Positions 1 to 9,937 of a stretch of 64,000 bases of DNA are shown in pieces. Position numbers and translations under genes: made by a program. Source of the stretch: Chthonomonadia bacterium (GTDB taxonomy: Bacteria; Armatimonadota; HRBIN16); assembly GCA_013314755.1 (NCBI GenBank), contig JABUFA010000001.1, positions 23,594 through 87,593 of the forward strand, written 5' to 3'. The notes beneath the pieces were generated by a model, which was not told the DNA's origin, did not search any database, and saw nothing but the letters and a program-made list of their open reading frames with translations. Within the stretch, counting starts at the first letter, position 1, and each line of letters begins with the position of its first letter.

Positions 1-292
1 ACCTTTAGCAACAGCCAGCCGAGCACCATTGTCGCATAGTTCGCGAACGTCATCAACACCAGTCCGCGCGAGTAGGGCAGGCGAAAGGCGATTCGCAACG
101 TGAGCGACTCCACCGCGCCGATGAGGAAGTTGCCGACCGTCGCCTGCAGGAACCCAGCCCACACCAGCGGCGTGCCCATGTTCGCCCACGCTGGAGGTGC
201 GAGCGCGAGTATCAACAGCGCTGACCATCGCCCCAGCCGCCAGCGGTCTGGTGGTGGCATGGTTCTCGTCCTCCTGATATAATAACCTTAAG

Positions 293-1255
293 ATGATAGA
301 GGTAGCCCGAGAAGTACTTCACATTGAGGCGCAGAGTATCCTGCGACTGGTAGACCGCCTGGACGAGCGTTTCGAGAAGGCGGTGCAGGTGATTCTGTCC
401 TGCAAGGGCAGAGTGGTGACAACCGGCATGGGCAAATCGGGGGCTATCGCCCGCAAGGTCTCCGCCACCTTCGCCAGCACAGGCACACCTGCCTTTTTCC
501 TGCACCCCGCAGAAGGTGTTCACGGCGACCTGGGCATGGTCACCGCCGAGGACGTGGTGCTTGCGCTTTCCACCAGCGGCGAGACGGATGAACTGCTGGC
601 GATTCTGCCCGCGCTCAAGCGGATTGGCGTTCGGCTGATTGCGATGGTGGGGCGCGTGGAGTCCACTCTGGCGCAGGCGGCGGATGTGGTGCTGGACGTG
701 TCGGTGGAGCGCGAAGCCTGTCCCTATAACCTTGCCCCCACCGCCAGCACGACCGCCATGTTAGCCATGGGCGACGCACTTGCCATCACGGTGATGCAGG
801 AGCGACGTTTCACCCCCGAAGACTTCGCAGTGTTCCACCCAGCAGGCACACTTGGCAGACGATTGCTCCTGCGCGTACACGACGTGATGCGCACCGGCGA
901 CAGCGTGGCGATAGTGCATCAGGGGCAGCCGCTTCGCGACGTGCTGTTTGCGATAACGCGGGCGAACGCGGGCGCGGCGTGCATCGTGGATGACAGGGGC
1001 GTGCTGGTGGGCATCATCACCGACGGCGACATCCGACGCCACCTCCTGCGCGACGTTGCGAACCTCGACCGCCCTGCCGAAGCATTGATGACGCGCACGC
1101 CGCATGTGGTTCGGGGCAACCCGCTGGCGGTTGAAGCCCTGCACCTCTTTGAAAGCCTGCCCCAGAAAATCGGCGAGATGCCCGTGCTGGACGAGGAGGG
1201 CAAACCTGTTGGAATGCTGATGCTGAAAGACCTTCTGCGCACGGGGATTGTGTAG
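293..1255 (+). CDS. kdsD: Arabinose-5-phosphate isomerase (KdsD/KpsF; SIS domain + tandem CBS domains)
   Basis: 320-aa ORF. SIS motif GMGKSGAIARK and a C-terminal CBS pair match the KpsF/GutQ family. kdsC follows immediately. Confidence 0.85.
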   Translation: MIEVAREVLHIEAQSILRLVDRLDERFEKAVQVILSCKGRVVTTGMGKSGAIARKVSATFASTGTPAFFLHPAEGVHGDLGMVTAEDVVLALSTSGETDELLAILPALKRIGVRLIAMVGRVESTLAQAADVVLDVSVEREACPYNLAPTASTTAMLAMGDALAITVMQERRFTPEDFAVFHPAGTLGRRLLLRVHDVMRTGDSVAIVHQGQPLRDVLFAITRANAGAACIVDDRGVLVGIITDGDIRRHLLRDVANLDRPAEALMTRTPHVVRGNPLAVEALHLFESLPQKIGEMPVLDEEGKPVGMLMLKDLLRTGIV

Positions 1256-1257
1256 GT

Positions 1258-1818
1258 ATGCTGGAACATCAGATGAGCGATGAAAGGCTGAAAGCGGTCA
1301 AAGCCGTTCTGCTGGATGTGGACGGCGTGCTGACCGACGGCGGAATCTATTACGACCCCACCGGGCGCGAAATCAAGCGGTTCCACGTCGCCGACGGACT
1401 CGGCATCGAACTGCTCAGGCACGCCGGCGTTCGAGTGGCTATTCTTTCCGGGCGGGCGTCCGAGGCGCTCACCCGCAGGGCGGCGGAGCTGAAGATTCTG
1501 GAGTGCTACCAGGGAGTGCGCGACAAGAAGGCACAGATAGAACGCCTGCGCCAGCAGTGGCAGATGAAGAAGGAGGAACTGCTCTACGTCGGCGATGACC
1601 TGAACGACCTGCCCGCGTTCGAGGCGGTTGGCGTGCGCGTGGCGGTGGCGAACGCCGCGCCGGAGCTGAAAGCACAGGCAGATTTCATCACCCGCGCTCC
1701 CGGAGGCAACGGCGCAGTGCGCGAGGTGTGCGAGTGGATTTTGAAGGCGCAGGGGGCATGGGAGCAGGCGATAGAGGCATACCTGCGGGGCAGGCGGGAG
1801 GCTGGCAGCGAGGCGTGA
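1258..1818 (+). CDS. kdsC: 3-deoxy-D-manno-octulosonate 8-phosphate phosphatase (HAD superfamily)
   Basis: 186 aa with HAD motif LLDVDGVLTDG and a C-terminal GDDLNDL motif. Starts 3 nt after the kdsD stop. Confidence 0.8.
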   Translation: MLEHQMSDERLKAVKAVLLDVDGVLTDGGIYYDPTGREIKRFHVADGLGIELLRHAGVRVAILSGRASEALTRRAAELKILECYQGVRDKKAQIERLRQQWQMKKEELLYVGDDLNDLPAFEAVGVRVAVANAAPELKAQADFITRAPGGNGAVREVCEWILKAQGAWEQAIEAYLRGRREAGSEA

Positions 1819-2546
1819 GCGGGCTGGTCATCCTGCACACCAACGATATGCACAACCGCCTGCGCGAGGAGAGGGCGGAGCGCCTGCGCCAGATTGTAGA
1901 GGAAGAACGCGCTCGATACCCGTGCCTCCTGCTGGACGCCGGCGATGCGGTCGGAGCAGGAAACGTTACCTTCAACCCCGCCGGCGAGCCTATCCTGGAC
2001 CTCATGTCCGACATCGGCTATACCGCGATGACCGTCGGCAACCGCGAGTTTCACCTGACCGAGGTGGGCTTCCATACGAAGCTGAACCGGGCACGCTTTC
2101 CGGTGCTCTGCGCCAACGTACGCCCGCGTAACGGAGCACGCCTGCCCGTCCAGCCCTATCTGCTTCTGGAGGTCGGTGAACGGCGTGTGGGCATAATCGG
2201 CTTGACCGTGCCCATGATTACCGAGCGGATGCTGAGTCGACACGTCAGCGCGTACGTCTTTGACGACCCCGTTCAGCGCGGATGCGAGCTGGCGGAGGAA
2301 CTGCGCCCACAGGTTGACCTTCTAATAGCCCTCACGCATATCGGGCTGAAACGGGACATGGAGCTGGCGCAGGCAACCGACCGAATAGACCTGATTATCG
2401 GGGGGCACAGCCACACCCTGCTGGAGGAACCCCTGCGCGAAGGTAACGCCGTCATCGTGCAGACAGGTGCACATGCGCGTTACGTAGGGCGTGTGCTGGT
2501 GGCTCCTGACAGCATAGAAGGTAGCCTGCTACCCCTTACCGTCTGA
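1816..2546 (+). CDS. Calcineurin-like metallophosphoesterase / 5'-nucleotidase-like protein
   Basis: Motifs LHTNDMHN, DAGD and GNREF typical of UshA-type metallophosphatases. The ORF-track start (1728) overlaps kdsC, so the start is probably the GTG near 1816. Start uncertain. Confidence 0.55.
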
Positions 2547-3959
2547 AGCCAGAACGCCCTTCCATATCCGGGCGGAACGGGCTGGAAGGCTAATCCTCTC
2601 TGTTCGCCCACCACTCACGGCACAGATGGCTCCCGTCCCGACCTCCTCCAGCCTGCTGACGCGGGGCACGGCGCGTTTGCGAAGCGGAATCTCTCCCTGC
2701 CACCCCTTTGCGCCGCCGTTGACGGTCACCATCCACACCTCTTCGCCCTGCCAGCGGGCGTATGCCAGCACATCTCCTTCCGCGTACAGCACATCGGTCT
2801 CGCCCGTCCGCCAGGCAGGGCTGGAATGGCGCAGGGCAATCATGGCGCGTACATGCCGGTACAGACGGCGGTTCCAGCGTCGCCTATCCCACTCGAAACA
2901 TGCCCGGCAATGAGGGTCGGCTTCGCCCGTCATGCCAATCTCGTCGCCGTAGTAGATGCACGGTGCGCCCGGCAGGGTGAACAACAGGGTATATCCCAGC
3001 ATCGCTCGGCGCACATCGCCCTCGCACACGGTCAGCCAGCGTGGGGTATCGTGGCTCCCCAGCAGGTTGATCTGCGCGTAAACCGCCTCGCGCGGATAGC
3101 GGCGCAGGAGGCGCATCAGTCCTGTTGCAAAGGCGGGGGCATCGGCAGAACCCTTCGCTACGAAGTCCATCAGCAGGTCGCGCAGAGGGTAGTTCATCAC
3201 GCCGTCAAACTGGTCGCCTTTTAGCCACCGCCTCGCGTCCTTCCAGATTTCGCCCACAATGTACGCCTCGGGGTTGGCGCTCTTGACCGTCTGCCGAAAC
3301 GCCTGCCAGAAGGTATCATCGTCGATTTCATTGGGCACGTCCAGCCGCCAACCATCCGCGCCCTGCTCTATCCAGTAGCGTGCCACGCTCAGCAGAAACT
3401 GCCGCACCTGTGGGTTGTCGGTGTTGAGCTTGGGCAGGGAACGAATGCCCCACCAGCAGGCATAGTTTGGACGCCTGCGCCCATCGTAGGGGTGGATGGG
3501 AAACTTGCGGATATGAAACCATCCGACGTACGGCGAGTGCGAACCGTTCTCCACAACGTCATGGAAGGGATAAAACCCTCGCCCACAGTGATTGAACACC
3601 CCGTCCAGAATGAAGCGTATCCCGTAAGCGTGCAGGTTGTTGCGCAGATTAACGAAGTCCTCCATCGTGCCCAACTTCGGGTCGATGCGGAAGTAGTCGT
3701 AGGTGTTATAGCGATGGTTGGATGGAGATTGAAAGATAGGGTTCAGGTAGATGGCGGTAATTCCCAGTTCCCGAAGGTAAGACAGATTCTGGCGAATGCC
3801 CTCCAGGTCGCCGCCCATGAAGTTATGTGGAGTAGGCGGAGTTCCCCAGGGCTGAACATTGGCGGGGTCGTTGGAGGGGGCGCCGTTGGCGAAACGGTCA
3901 GGAAAAATCTGATAGAAGACGGCGTGCTTCACCCAGTTGGGCGTGCAAAAGTCATTCAC
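2529..3959 (-). CDS. GH13 alpha-amylase family enzyme (neopullulanase/cyclomaltodextrinase-like)
   Basis: N-terminus WVKHAVFYQIFPDRF, then GGDL.GI...L.YL..LGITAIYLNPIF, DGVFNH and GWRLDV catalytic regions. Probable GTG start at 3959 preceded by GGAGG. Overlaps the HEPN ORF by 8 nt. Confidence 0.8.
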   Translation of the reverse strand: MNDFCTPNWVKHAVFYQIFPDRFANGAPSNDPANVQPWGTPPTPHNFMGGDLEGIRQNLSYLRELGITAIYLNPIFQSPSNHRYNTYDYFRIDPKLGTMEDFVNLRNNLHAYGIRFILDGVFNHCGRGFYPFHDVVENGSHSPYVGWFHIRKFPIHPYDGRRRPNYACWWGIRSLPKLNTDNPQVRQFLLSVARYWIEQGADGWRLDVPNEIDDDTFWQAFRQTVKSANPEAYIVGEIWKDARRWLKGDQFDGVMNYPLRDLLMDFVAKGSADAPAFATGLMRLLRRYPREAVYAQINLLGSHDTPRWLTVCEGDVRRAMLGYTLLFTLPGAPCIYYGDEIGMTGEADPHCRACFEWDRRRWNRRLYRHVRAMIALRHSSPAWRTGETDVLYAEGDVLAYARWQGEEVWMVTVNGGAKGWQGEIPLRKRAVPRVSRLEEVGTGAICAVSGGRTERISLPARSARIWKGVLASDGKG

Positions 3960-4449
3960 CCTGCGCCTCCGTACTCCACTGCTCCAGCATCTGGGCGAAC
4001 TGGTGGAGCTGCGTGCTGACCTTCTCGAACAGGGGGCGTATCCCCTCAACCAGCTGGGTCACTCGCTGTGGGTTCAAACGGAACGAATAGACATTGCGCA
4101 CCACATGACGAAAGCGCAAATATTCGTCCAGTTCCAGCACGGTACTGCTGTCCAGCACGGGTGGGCGCACCCCAGGCACGGAGATGCCCATCTGCTCCAG
4201 CAGGTCGCGGTGCCATCGTTCCCCGTCGGGCGTCGACTGGTCAACAACTCTGGCAATCTGCAGAAAGGCTCGCTCCAGCGCGGTGTAAAAGTCATGCAGG
4301 TTGTGCGCTGCAGCGTCCAGGTACACATCCTCGTCGGGGTGCTGTTCCATCAGCAGGCGCGCACGCTCTGCCCTGTCGACCACTCGTGCGACATCCTGCA
4401 GTTCGGCGCGAATGCGGGCAGCGAGCACGCGGTAGTCATCGTAGCTCAT
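3952..4449 (-). CDS. HEPN-domain protein (HepT-like toxin partner of the adjacent nucleotidyltransferase)
   Basis: 165-aa all-helical ORF with an R-x-R-H-x-x-R-N-x-Y segment resembling the HEPN Rx4-6H region. Its start overlaps the stop of the upstream MNT gene (ATGA-type coupling). Confidence 0.5.
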   Translation of the reverse strand: MSYDDYRVLAARIRAELQDVARVVDRAERARLLMEQHPDEDVYLDAAAHNLHDFYTALERAFLQIARVVDQSTPDGERWHRDLLEQMGISVPGVRPPVLDSSTVLELDEYLRFRHVVRNVYSFRLNPQRVTQLVEGIRPLFEKVSTQLHQFAQMLEQWSTEAQGE

Positions 4450-4808
4450 ACATCCACTCCCTCACGTTCAATTGCGTGCAGAATGCCCGGCTGGCACGTG
4501 TTGACATCCACCAGGTTAACCTCAATCTGGTCGTCCAGATAAGCCACCGCGCTCATCGCCCGCAGTGTATCCTGTGGCTGGATACCCCAGGCGGCAATGT
4601 CCACATCGGAGCGGTCGTCGAACATGCTGGGGCGGAGCAGAGAACCGAATACGACAACGCGCGTCGCCCCGTACTCGCGGCGCAGTAGTTCCGCTGCCTC
4701 ACGGGCGAGTTGCCACGCACGCTGATAACGCGCCTCTCTCTGCTGTTGGGCTTTGCGGCGACGCTGGCGCAGCGTTTGGATATATGGCCGCCACTCCGGT
4801 TTGCTCAT
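4446..4808 (-). CDS. Minimal nucleotidyltransferase (MNT, Pol-beta superfamily; MntA-like antitoxin)
   Basis: GS-x9-DxD nucleotidyltransferase signature VFGSLLRPSMFDDRSDVDIA. Probable ATG at 4808 with a GAGGTGG RBS. Confidence 0.65.
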   Translation of the reverse strand: MSKPEWRPYIQTLRQRRRKAQQQREARYQRAWQLAREAAELLRREYGATRVVVFGSLLRPSMFDDRSDVDIAAWGIQPQDTLRAMSAVAYLDDQIEVNLVDVNTCQPGILHAIEREGVDV

Positions 4809-4880
4809 GAGAACCGCCACCTCGCCTCTATTATAGCACACGGGGCAGGAATCTCTGGAGCGCAGGGGAAGTAATCTTAC

Positions 4881-6383
4881 ATGAAGTGGAAAGACGCACG
4901 GATGGCGGGGGTGCTGTTACACCCCACCTCTCTGCCTGGCGCATTTGGCATCGGGGAACTGGGCGGGGAAGCATACCGCTTCGTGGACTGGCTGGTGCGG
5001 GCAGGACAGAAGGTCTGGCAGGTGCTGCCGCTGGGACCGACTGGCTTTGCAGACTCGCCCTATTCCGCCTTCTCCGCCTTTGCGGGCAATCCCCTGCTCA
5101 TCAGTCTTCAGCGACTGCAGGACGAAGGCTTGCTGACGTGGGACGATTTTGTTGATTACCCATTCCTTCCCGAAGACAGGGTAGATTACGGCGCGGTTAT
5201 CCCTGCGAAGATGGGCGTCCTGCGCCTCGCCTACGAGCGGTGGAAGTCGCAGGGCGACGAAGAGGCGAAACGAGGGCTGGAACACTTCCGAGAACAACAT
5301 ACCTTCTGGCTGGAAGACTTCGCGCTGTTCATGGCGCTGAAGGAGGCATACGGGGGCAGAGCGTGGACCGAATGGGATAGAGACCTTGCCCACCGCAATC
5401 CTGATGCCCTGAACCGCGCCCGAAGGGAGCTGGCGGACGAGGTGCAGTTTCATCGCTTTGTGCAGTACTGCTTTGCCAGGCAGTGGTCCGACCTCAAACG
5501 CTACGCCAACGCGCAGGGTGTGTTGATTATGGGCGATATGCCCATCTTCGTGGCGCACGATAGCACGGATGTGTGGGCGAAACCGGAGATGTTCTATCTG
5601 GATGAGGACGGCAATCCGACCTTCGTTGCCGGCGTCCCGCCAGACTACTTCAGCCCCACCGGTCAGCGATGGGGAAATCCCGTGTATCGGTGGGAGGTGA
5701 TGAAGGAGCAGGGTTACCGGTGGTGGATAGAGCGTTTTCGGTGGACTCTGCAGATGATGGACATCGTGCGCGTCGACCATTTTCGTGGCTTCTCTGCCTA
5801 CTGGCAGGTCCCCGCCTCCGAGCCAACCGCAGTGAAGGGAAGGTGGGTGAAGGTGCCGGGCAGGGAGCTGTTCCGCACTCTGCAAAGGGAACTTGGCGAA
5901 CTGCCCATCGTGGCAGAGGACCTGGGCACCATCACGCCCGACGTCACGCGCCTGCGCAAGGGGCTGGGCTTTCCGGGTATGCGGGTTCTGCAATTCGCCT
6001 TTGACGGCGACCCGAATAACCTCTACCTGCCCTACAACTACGAGCCGGACACTGTGGTGTACACCGGCACCCACGACAACGACACGCTGGTCGGCTGGTT
6101 CAACGGGTTGAGCGAGGAGGAGAAGCGGCGTGTCTACGACTACGTCGGGCGTGAGGACATCAGCGTTCACTGGGAGATGATTCGGCTGGCTTACGCATCG
6201 GTGGCGCGATTAGCCATCGTGCCCCTGCAGGATTGGCTGGGACTGGGCAGTGGGGCACGCATGAACCAGCCGGGGCGCGAAGCGGGCAACTGGCAGTGGC
6301 GCTGTCGAAGAGAACATCTGAATGAAGGACTGGCGCAAGCCATCGCGAAAATGTGTGCTGTTTATGGACGAGACAGGTATTGA
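4881..6383 (+). CDS. malQ: 4-alpha-glucanotransferase (amylomaltase, GH77)
   Basis: 500 aa. N-terminus AGVLLHPTSLPG...GIGELG and internal GH77 motifs (DMPIFVAHDSTDVW, VYTGTHDNDT) match MalQ. Confidence 0.9.
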   Translation: MKWKDARMAGVLLHPTSLPGAFGIGELGGEAYRFVDWLVRAGQKVWQVLPLGPTGFADSPYSAFSAFAGNPLLISLQRLQDEGLLTWDDFVDYPFLPEDRVDYGAVIPAKMGVLRLAYERWKSQGDEEAKRGLEHFREQHTFWLEDFALFMALKEAYGGRAWTEWDRDLAHRNPDALNRARRELADEVQFHRFVQYCFARQWSDLKRYANAQGVLIMGDMPIFVAHDSTDVWAKPEMFYLDEDGNPTFVAGVPPDYFSPTGQRWGNPVYRWEVMKEQGYRWWIERFRWTLQMMDIVRVDHFRGFSAYWQVPASEPTAVKGRWVKVPGRELFRTLQRELGELPIVAEDLGTITPDVTRLRKGLGFPGMRVLQFAFDGDPNNLYLPYNYEPDTVVYTGTHDNDTLVGWFNGLSEEEKRRVYDYVGREDISVHWEMIRLAYASVARLAIVPLQDWLGLGSGARMNQPGREAGNWQWRCRREHLNEGLAQAIAKMCAVYGRDRY

Positions 6384-6461
6384 CACATCTGTATCAAGTG
6401 TGCTAACGTGTAGACAGGGTGATGTCACCCTGAAAAGGACGGAAAGGGGGTAATACTTTCG

Positions 6462-6701
6462 GTGTCCAGCTGGAAACAAAAAGAGGTGTCGCCGGTGGTG
6501 GCATGGGTTATCATCATCGTGATAGTGGTGATAGCGGCTGCTGCTATCTGGCGATACACGGGGGGACCCGGGCGTTCACGGGGACTGACCGAGGAACAGC
6601 GCAAGCAACTGGAGCAGATGTTCGGCGGAGGCAAGGCACCCGGACCCGGCGGGGCTCCTAGACAGGGTGCTCCTGCACCAGCTCCTCCTGCACCAAGATA
6701 G
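6462..6701 (+). CDS. Small single-pass membrane protein with Gly/Pro-rich C-terminal tail (hypothetical)
   Basis: A hydrophobic VAWVIIIVIVVIAAAAIW helix is followed by a GGPG / PAPAPPAP low-complexity tail. A GAGGTG RBS-like sequence precedes an internal GTG. No homology recognised. Confidence 0.25.
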   Translation: MSSWKQKEVSPVVAWVIIIVIVVIAAAAIWRYTGGPGRSRGLTEEQRKQLEQMFGGGKAPGPGGAPRQGAPAPAPPAPR

Positions 6702-6743
6702 GGGCGCTTTCACAACGAGAATCTATCAAGGAGGGATTTTCTG

Positions 6744-7562
6744 ATGAAACGACATGGCTTTACGCTCATTGAGCTGCTTGTTGTTATCGCGATTATCGCG
6801 ATACTGGCAGCCATCCTGTTCCCGGTGTTTGCGCAGGCGAGAGCCTCTGCGCGCAAGTCCGCCTGCCTGTCCAACATGAAGCAGCTGACGCTGGGCATGT
6901 TGCAGTACCTGCAGGATTACGATGAGAGGTTCCCCGGGTGGAACTGGGAGTTCTTCTGCAACGGTGGCAACAACGGTTTGCCCCGCGACTCGGCTGCGTT
7001 CTGGACGATGGCAATCTACCCCTACGTCAAGAACGACGGCGTGTATCAGTGCCAGGATGACCCCCTTCAGTGGAACGATGTATGGGCGGGCTGCAGTGAC
7101 GATGGTGGACGTAACGACCGCTTCGCCCCCATCAACCCGAACACCGGACAGCCGTGCGAGTTCTGGGATGCATGCAACCCCAAATACGTCTCGTACGGTC
7201 TTAACGAGACACTGACCGGAAGCTACCCAACCAACAAGCTGGGCGGCATCTCCACACCCGCCAACTGGGCGATGTTCTTTGATAGCAGCGCGCAGCTGGT
7301 AGACATCTATGTGTGGCAGCGACCCGATTCAGGCAACTTCAACTGGATAGCTTCACGCACGGCGTTCGCGACAGAGGGTTGCTGTAAAATCTGGGAGTGC
7401 TGTCGCACTGCCGATTCCTGGATCCAGCAGTACGGCAAGGGAGAATTGGACAAACTACCGCGCCACGCCGGTGGTGAGAACGTGAGCTTCGTGGACGGTC
7501 ACGCCAAGTTCTACCGCTGGACCGAACTGACCTGGGGCAACATGACCACAGGCGGTCAGTAG
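6744..7562 (+). CDS. Prepilin-type N-terminal cleavage/methylation domain protein, H-X9-DG (DUF1559) family
   Basis: N-terminus [33 protein letters not shown] is a class III signal (G-FTLIE). C-terminal H-x9-DG motif ([13 protein letters not shown]). Confidence 0.8.
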   Translation: MKRHGFTLIELLVVIAIIAILAAILFPVFAQARASARKSACLSNMKQLTLGMLQYLQDYDERFPGWNWEFFCNGGNNGLPRDSAAFWTMAIYPYVKNDGVYQCQDDPLQWNDVWAGCSDDGGRNDRFAPINPNTGQPCEFWDACNPKYVSYGLNETLTGSYPTNKLGGISTPANWAMFFDSSAQLVDIYVWQRPDSGNFNWIASRTAFATEGCCKIWECCRTADSWIQQYGKGELDKLPRHAGGENVSFVDGHAKFYRWTELTWGNMTTGGQ

Positions 7563-7633
7563 TGTATAGTACCGACCACTGCGCCGGGCGAGCAACTTGC
7601 TCGCCCGGTAGATCTTTTAGAGGTGGAGCCGCC

Positions 7634-9925
7634 ATGTCTTTCCTCAAATCTGGTATACTTATTCCCGCACTGTTAGTACTGCTACCCAATCTTCTGACAC
7701 AGGGAGGCAACATGCCTGATCCAAGCGAAGAGGCATTATCCTATCTGCAGCGCTGTAATGTGGTGTGGGATACACCCTCAAAAGACAGCTCCGGCTCCAT
7801 GCCTCTCGGCAACGGCGATATCGGGGTAAATATGTGGGTGGAACCGAACGGCGACCTCGTGTTCTACCTGAGCAAGACCGATGCCTGGAGCGAAAACAAC
7901 CGCCTGCTGAAACTGGGCAGGGTACGGGTGTCGTTAGAACCTTCTCTCCTGAGTGGGGGCGACTTCTTCCGTCAGGAACTGCGCCTGAGTGGTGGCGAAG
8001 TCATCGTACAGGCGGGTAGCCGCTCAAGCCCGACAAATCTGCGGGTGTGGGTGGACGCCAACCGCCCGGTAGTATGGGTGGACGTGGATAGCCCCCAGCC
8101 CGTGCAGATACGGGTGCAGCTGGAGGTCTGGAGGCAGAGCGACCGCACGCTCGAGGGCAAAGAGCTGTTCAGCGCGTACGGCATGATGGGTTCGCCCCAT
8201 CCCGTAGTGGAACATGCCGATACGGTGCTGGATGGGCAGAAGGACTGCATTATCTGGTATCACCGCAACCCGACCTCTATCTATGAGCTCACCCTGCGCC
8301 ACCAGGGGCTGGAGAGCCTGATTGGCAAACTACCTGACCCGCTACTGCATCGCACCTTCGGGGGGCTGATTCGCGGCAGAGACCTGGTGCGTACGGACAA
8401 ATACACCCTCGCCAGCGTCTCACCCGCAAAACAGTTTTCGGTCGCGGTGCATGTGTTGACTGCTCAGACCGAAACGGCAGAGGAGTGGGTGAGCCGTATC
8501 CGGGCGCAGGCGAAGCGGGTGGAGGCAGTGGGACGCACGCAGGCACGCGCCGCCCATCAGCGATGGTGGCTTAACTTCTGGCGACGCAGCTGGATTGTGG
8601 TCAGCGGTAGTCCGGAAGCGGAAGTGGTTACCCAGGGTTACGCGCTCCAGCGTTTCATCAACGCCTGTGCCGGGCGAGGAGCCTACCCGATTAAGTTCAA
8701 CGGCTCCATCTTCACGGTAGACTCGCGTGAGCCAGATGAGCACTTCGACGCCGACTATCGCCGCTGGGGCGGGGAGTACTGGTTCCAGAACACACGCCTG
8801 CCCTACTGGACAATGCTCCCCACAGGCGATTATGACATGATGCGCCCGCTGTTTGAGATGTATCTGAAGGCTCTGCCACTGGCGAAGGCGCGTACGCAAA
8901 TCTATTTCGGGCATGAAGGGGCATACTTCCCTGAAACCATCACCTCCTGGGGCACATACGCGAACTCGAACTACGGGTGGGACCGGCAGGGTAAGCCTGT
9001 TTCGTATATTGATAACCCGTATATCCGCTACTACTACTCGTGCAACCTGGAACTGCTGGCGATGGCGCTGGAACACTTCTTCCACACAGGTGACAGGCGG
9101 TTCCTGAGCGAGACACTTTTGCCCTTTGCGGACGCATTCATCACCTTTTACGACCGCCATTTCGGGCGCGACGGCGACGGGAAACTTCTGCTGAAGCCCT
9201 CGCAGTCTCTAGAGACCTATCCTGAGACGGTGAACCCTCTGCCGGATATTGCCGGTTTGCGCTGGGTTCTGCAGGAGCTGCTTCGAGTGCCTCTCAGCAG
9301 GCAGGATTTACACCGGCGCAACCTGTGGCGGCGACTGCTGGAACAGCTTCCTCCCCTGCCCATGAAGACGGAAGGGGGACAGACTTTCCTTCTGCCCGCT
9401 CAGGAAATCCTCGCCCCGCCGATTAACTCCGAAGACCCCGAACTGTACGCCGTGTTCCCCTATCGGCTGTATGGAGTGGGCAAGCCCGACCTGCAGGTGG
9501 CGCGCAATACCTACGCCCGACGACCATACAAAGGCAACGAAGGCTGGCGGCAGGACCCCATCTGGGCGGCTCTGCTGGGGCTGGCAGATGAGGCGAAGAC
9601 GATGGTTGCTCAGCGGTTCGCCACCAAACACGCGGGCAGTCGGTTCCCCGCCTTCTGGGGACCCAATTACGACTGGATACCCGACCAGGACCACGGTTGC
9701 GGGGGAATGATTGCCCTGCAGGCGATGCTGATGCAGACCGATGGTGAGAAGATACTGCTCTTCCCCGCCTGGCACAAAGAGTGGGACGTCTCCTTCCGCC
9801 TGCACGCCCCGGGCAAAACGGTGGTGGAAGCCGTCTGGCGCAACGGCAGGGTGCACTCCCTGAAGGTAACGCCCAGCTGGAGGGAGAAAGATGTGATGAT
9901 TATAGGCGCAGACAAAAGCGAGTAG
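7634..9925 (+). CDS. Secreted large protein, putative (alpha/alpha)6-barrel-type glycoside hydrolase (DUF5703-like)
   Basis: About 760 aa. Signal peptide MSFLKSGILIPALLVLLPNLL. The family assignment is from memory of similar PVC/Bacteroidetes proteins and is not verified. Confidence 0.4.
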   Translation: MSFLKSGILIPALLVLLPNLLTQGGNMPDPSEEALSYLQRCNVVWDTPSKDSSGSMPLGNGDIGVNMWVEPNGDLVFYLSKTDAWSENNRLLKLGRVRVSLEPSLLSGGDFFRQELRLSGGEVIVQAGSRSSPTNLRVWVDANRPVVWVDVDSPQPVQIRVQLEVWRQSDRTLEGKELFSAYGMMGSPHPVVEHADTVLDGQKDCIIWYHRNPTSIYELTLRHQGLESLIGKLPDPLLHRTFGGLIRGRDLVRTDKYTLASVSPAKQFSVAVHVLTAQTETAEEWVSRIRAQAKRVEAVGRTQARAAHQRWWLNFWRRSWIVVSGSPEAEVVTQGYALQRFINACAGRGAYPIKFNGSIFTVDSREPDEHFDADYRRWGGEYWFQNTRLPYWTMLPTGDYDMMRPLFEMYLKALPLAKARTQIYFGHEGAYFPETITSWGTYANSNYGWDRQGKPVSYIDNPYIRYYYSCNLELLAMALEHFFHTGDRRFLSETLLPFADAFITFYDRHFGRDGDGKLLLKPSQSLETYPETVNPLPDIAGLRWVLQELLRVPLSRQDLHRRNLWRRLLEQLPPLPMKTEGGQTFLLPAQEILAPPINSEDPELYAVFPYRLYGVGKPDLQVARNTYARRPYKGNEGWRQDPIWAALLGLADEAKTMVAQRFATKHAGSRFPAFWGPNYDWIPDQDHGCGGMIALQAMLMQTDGEKILLFPAWHKEWDVSFRLHAPGKTVVEAVWRNGRVHSLKVTPSWREKDVMIIGADKSE

Positions 9926-9937
9926 GAGAGTACAGCC

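Noticed and set aside
1728-1815. ORF-track N-terminal extension of the metallophosphoesterase overlapping kdsC
   Set aside because: An in-frame overlap of ~90 nt with the kdsC 3' end and Gly/Ala-rich nonsense sequence makes it unlikely. A GTG near 1816 directly after the kdsC stop is a better start.
4917-6170. 417-aa antisense ORF inside malQ, and comparable long antisense ORFs inside clpB (53473-54360, 55087-56244), the GH gene (8420-9160, 9308-10429), the alpha-amylase region (3492-4688), moaA (14659-15450), ppc (59269-59922) and the glucanase (37165-39669)
   Set aside because: These are typical high-GC shadow ORFs. They have no recognisable domains, and the opposite-strand genes have strong family signatures.
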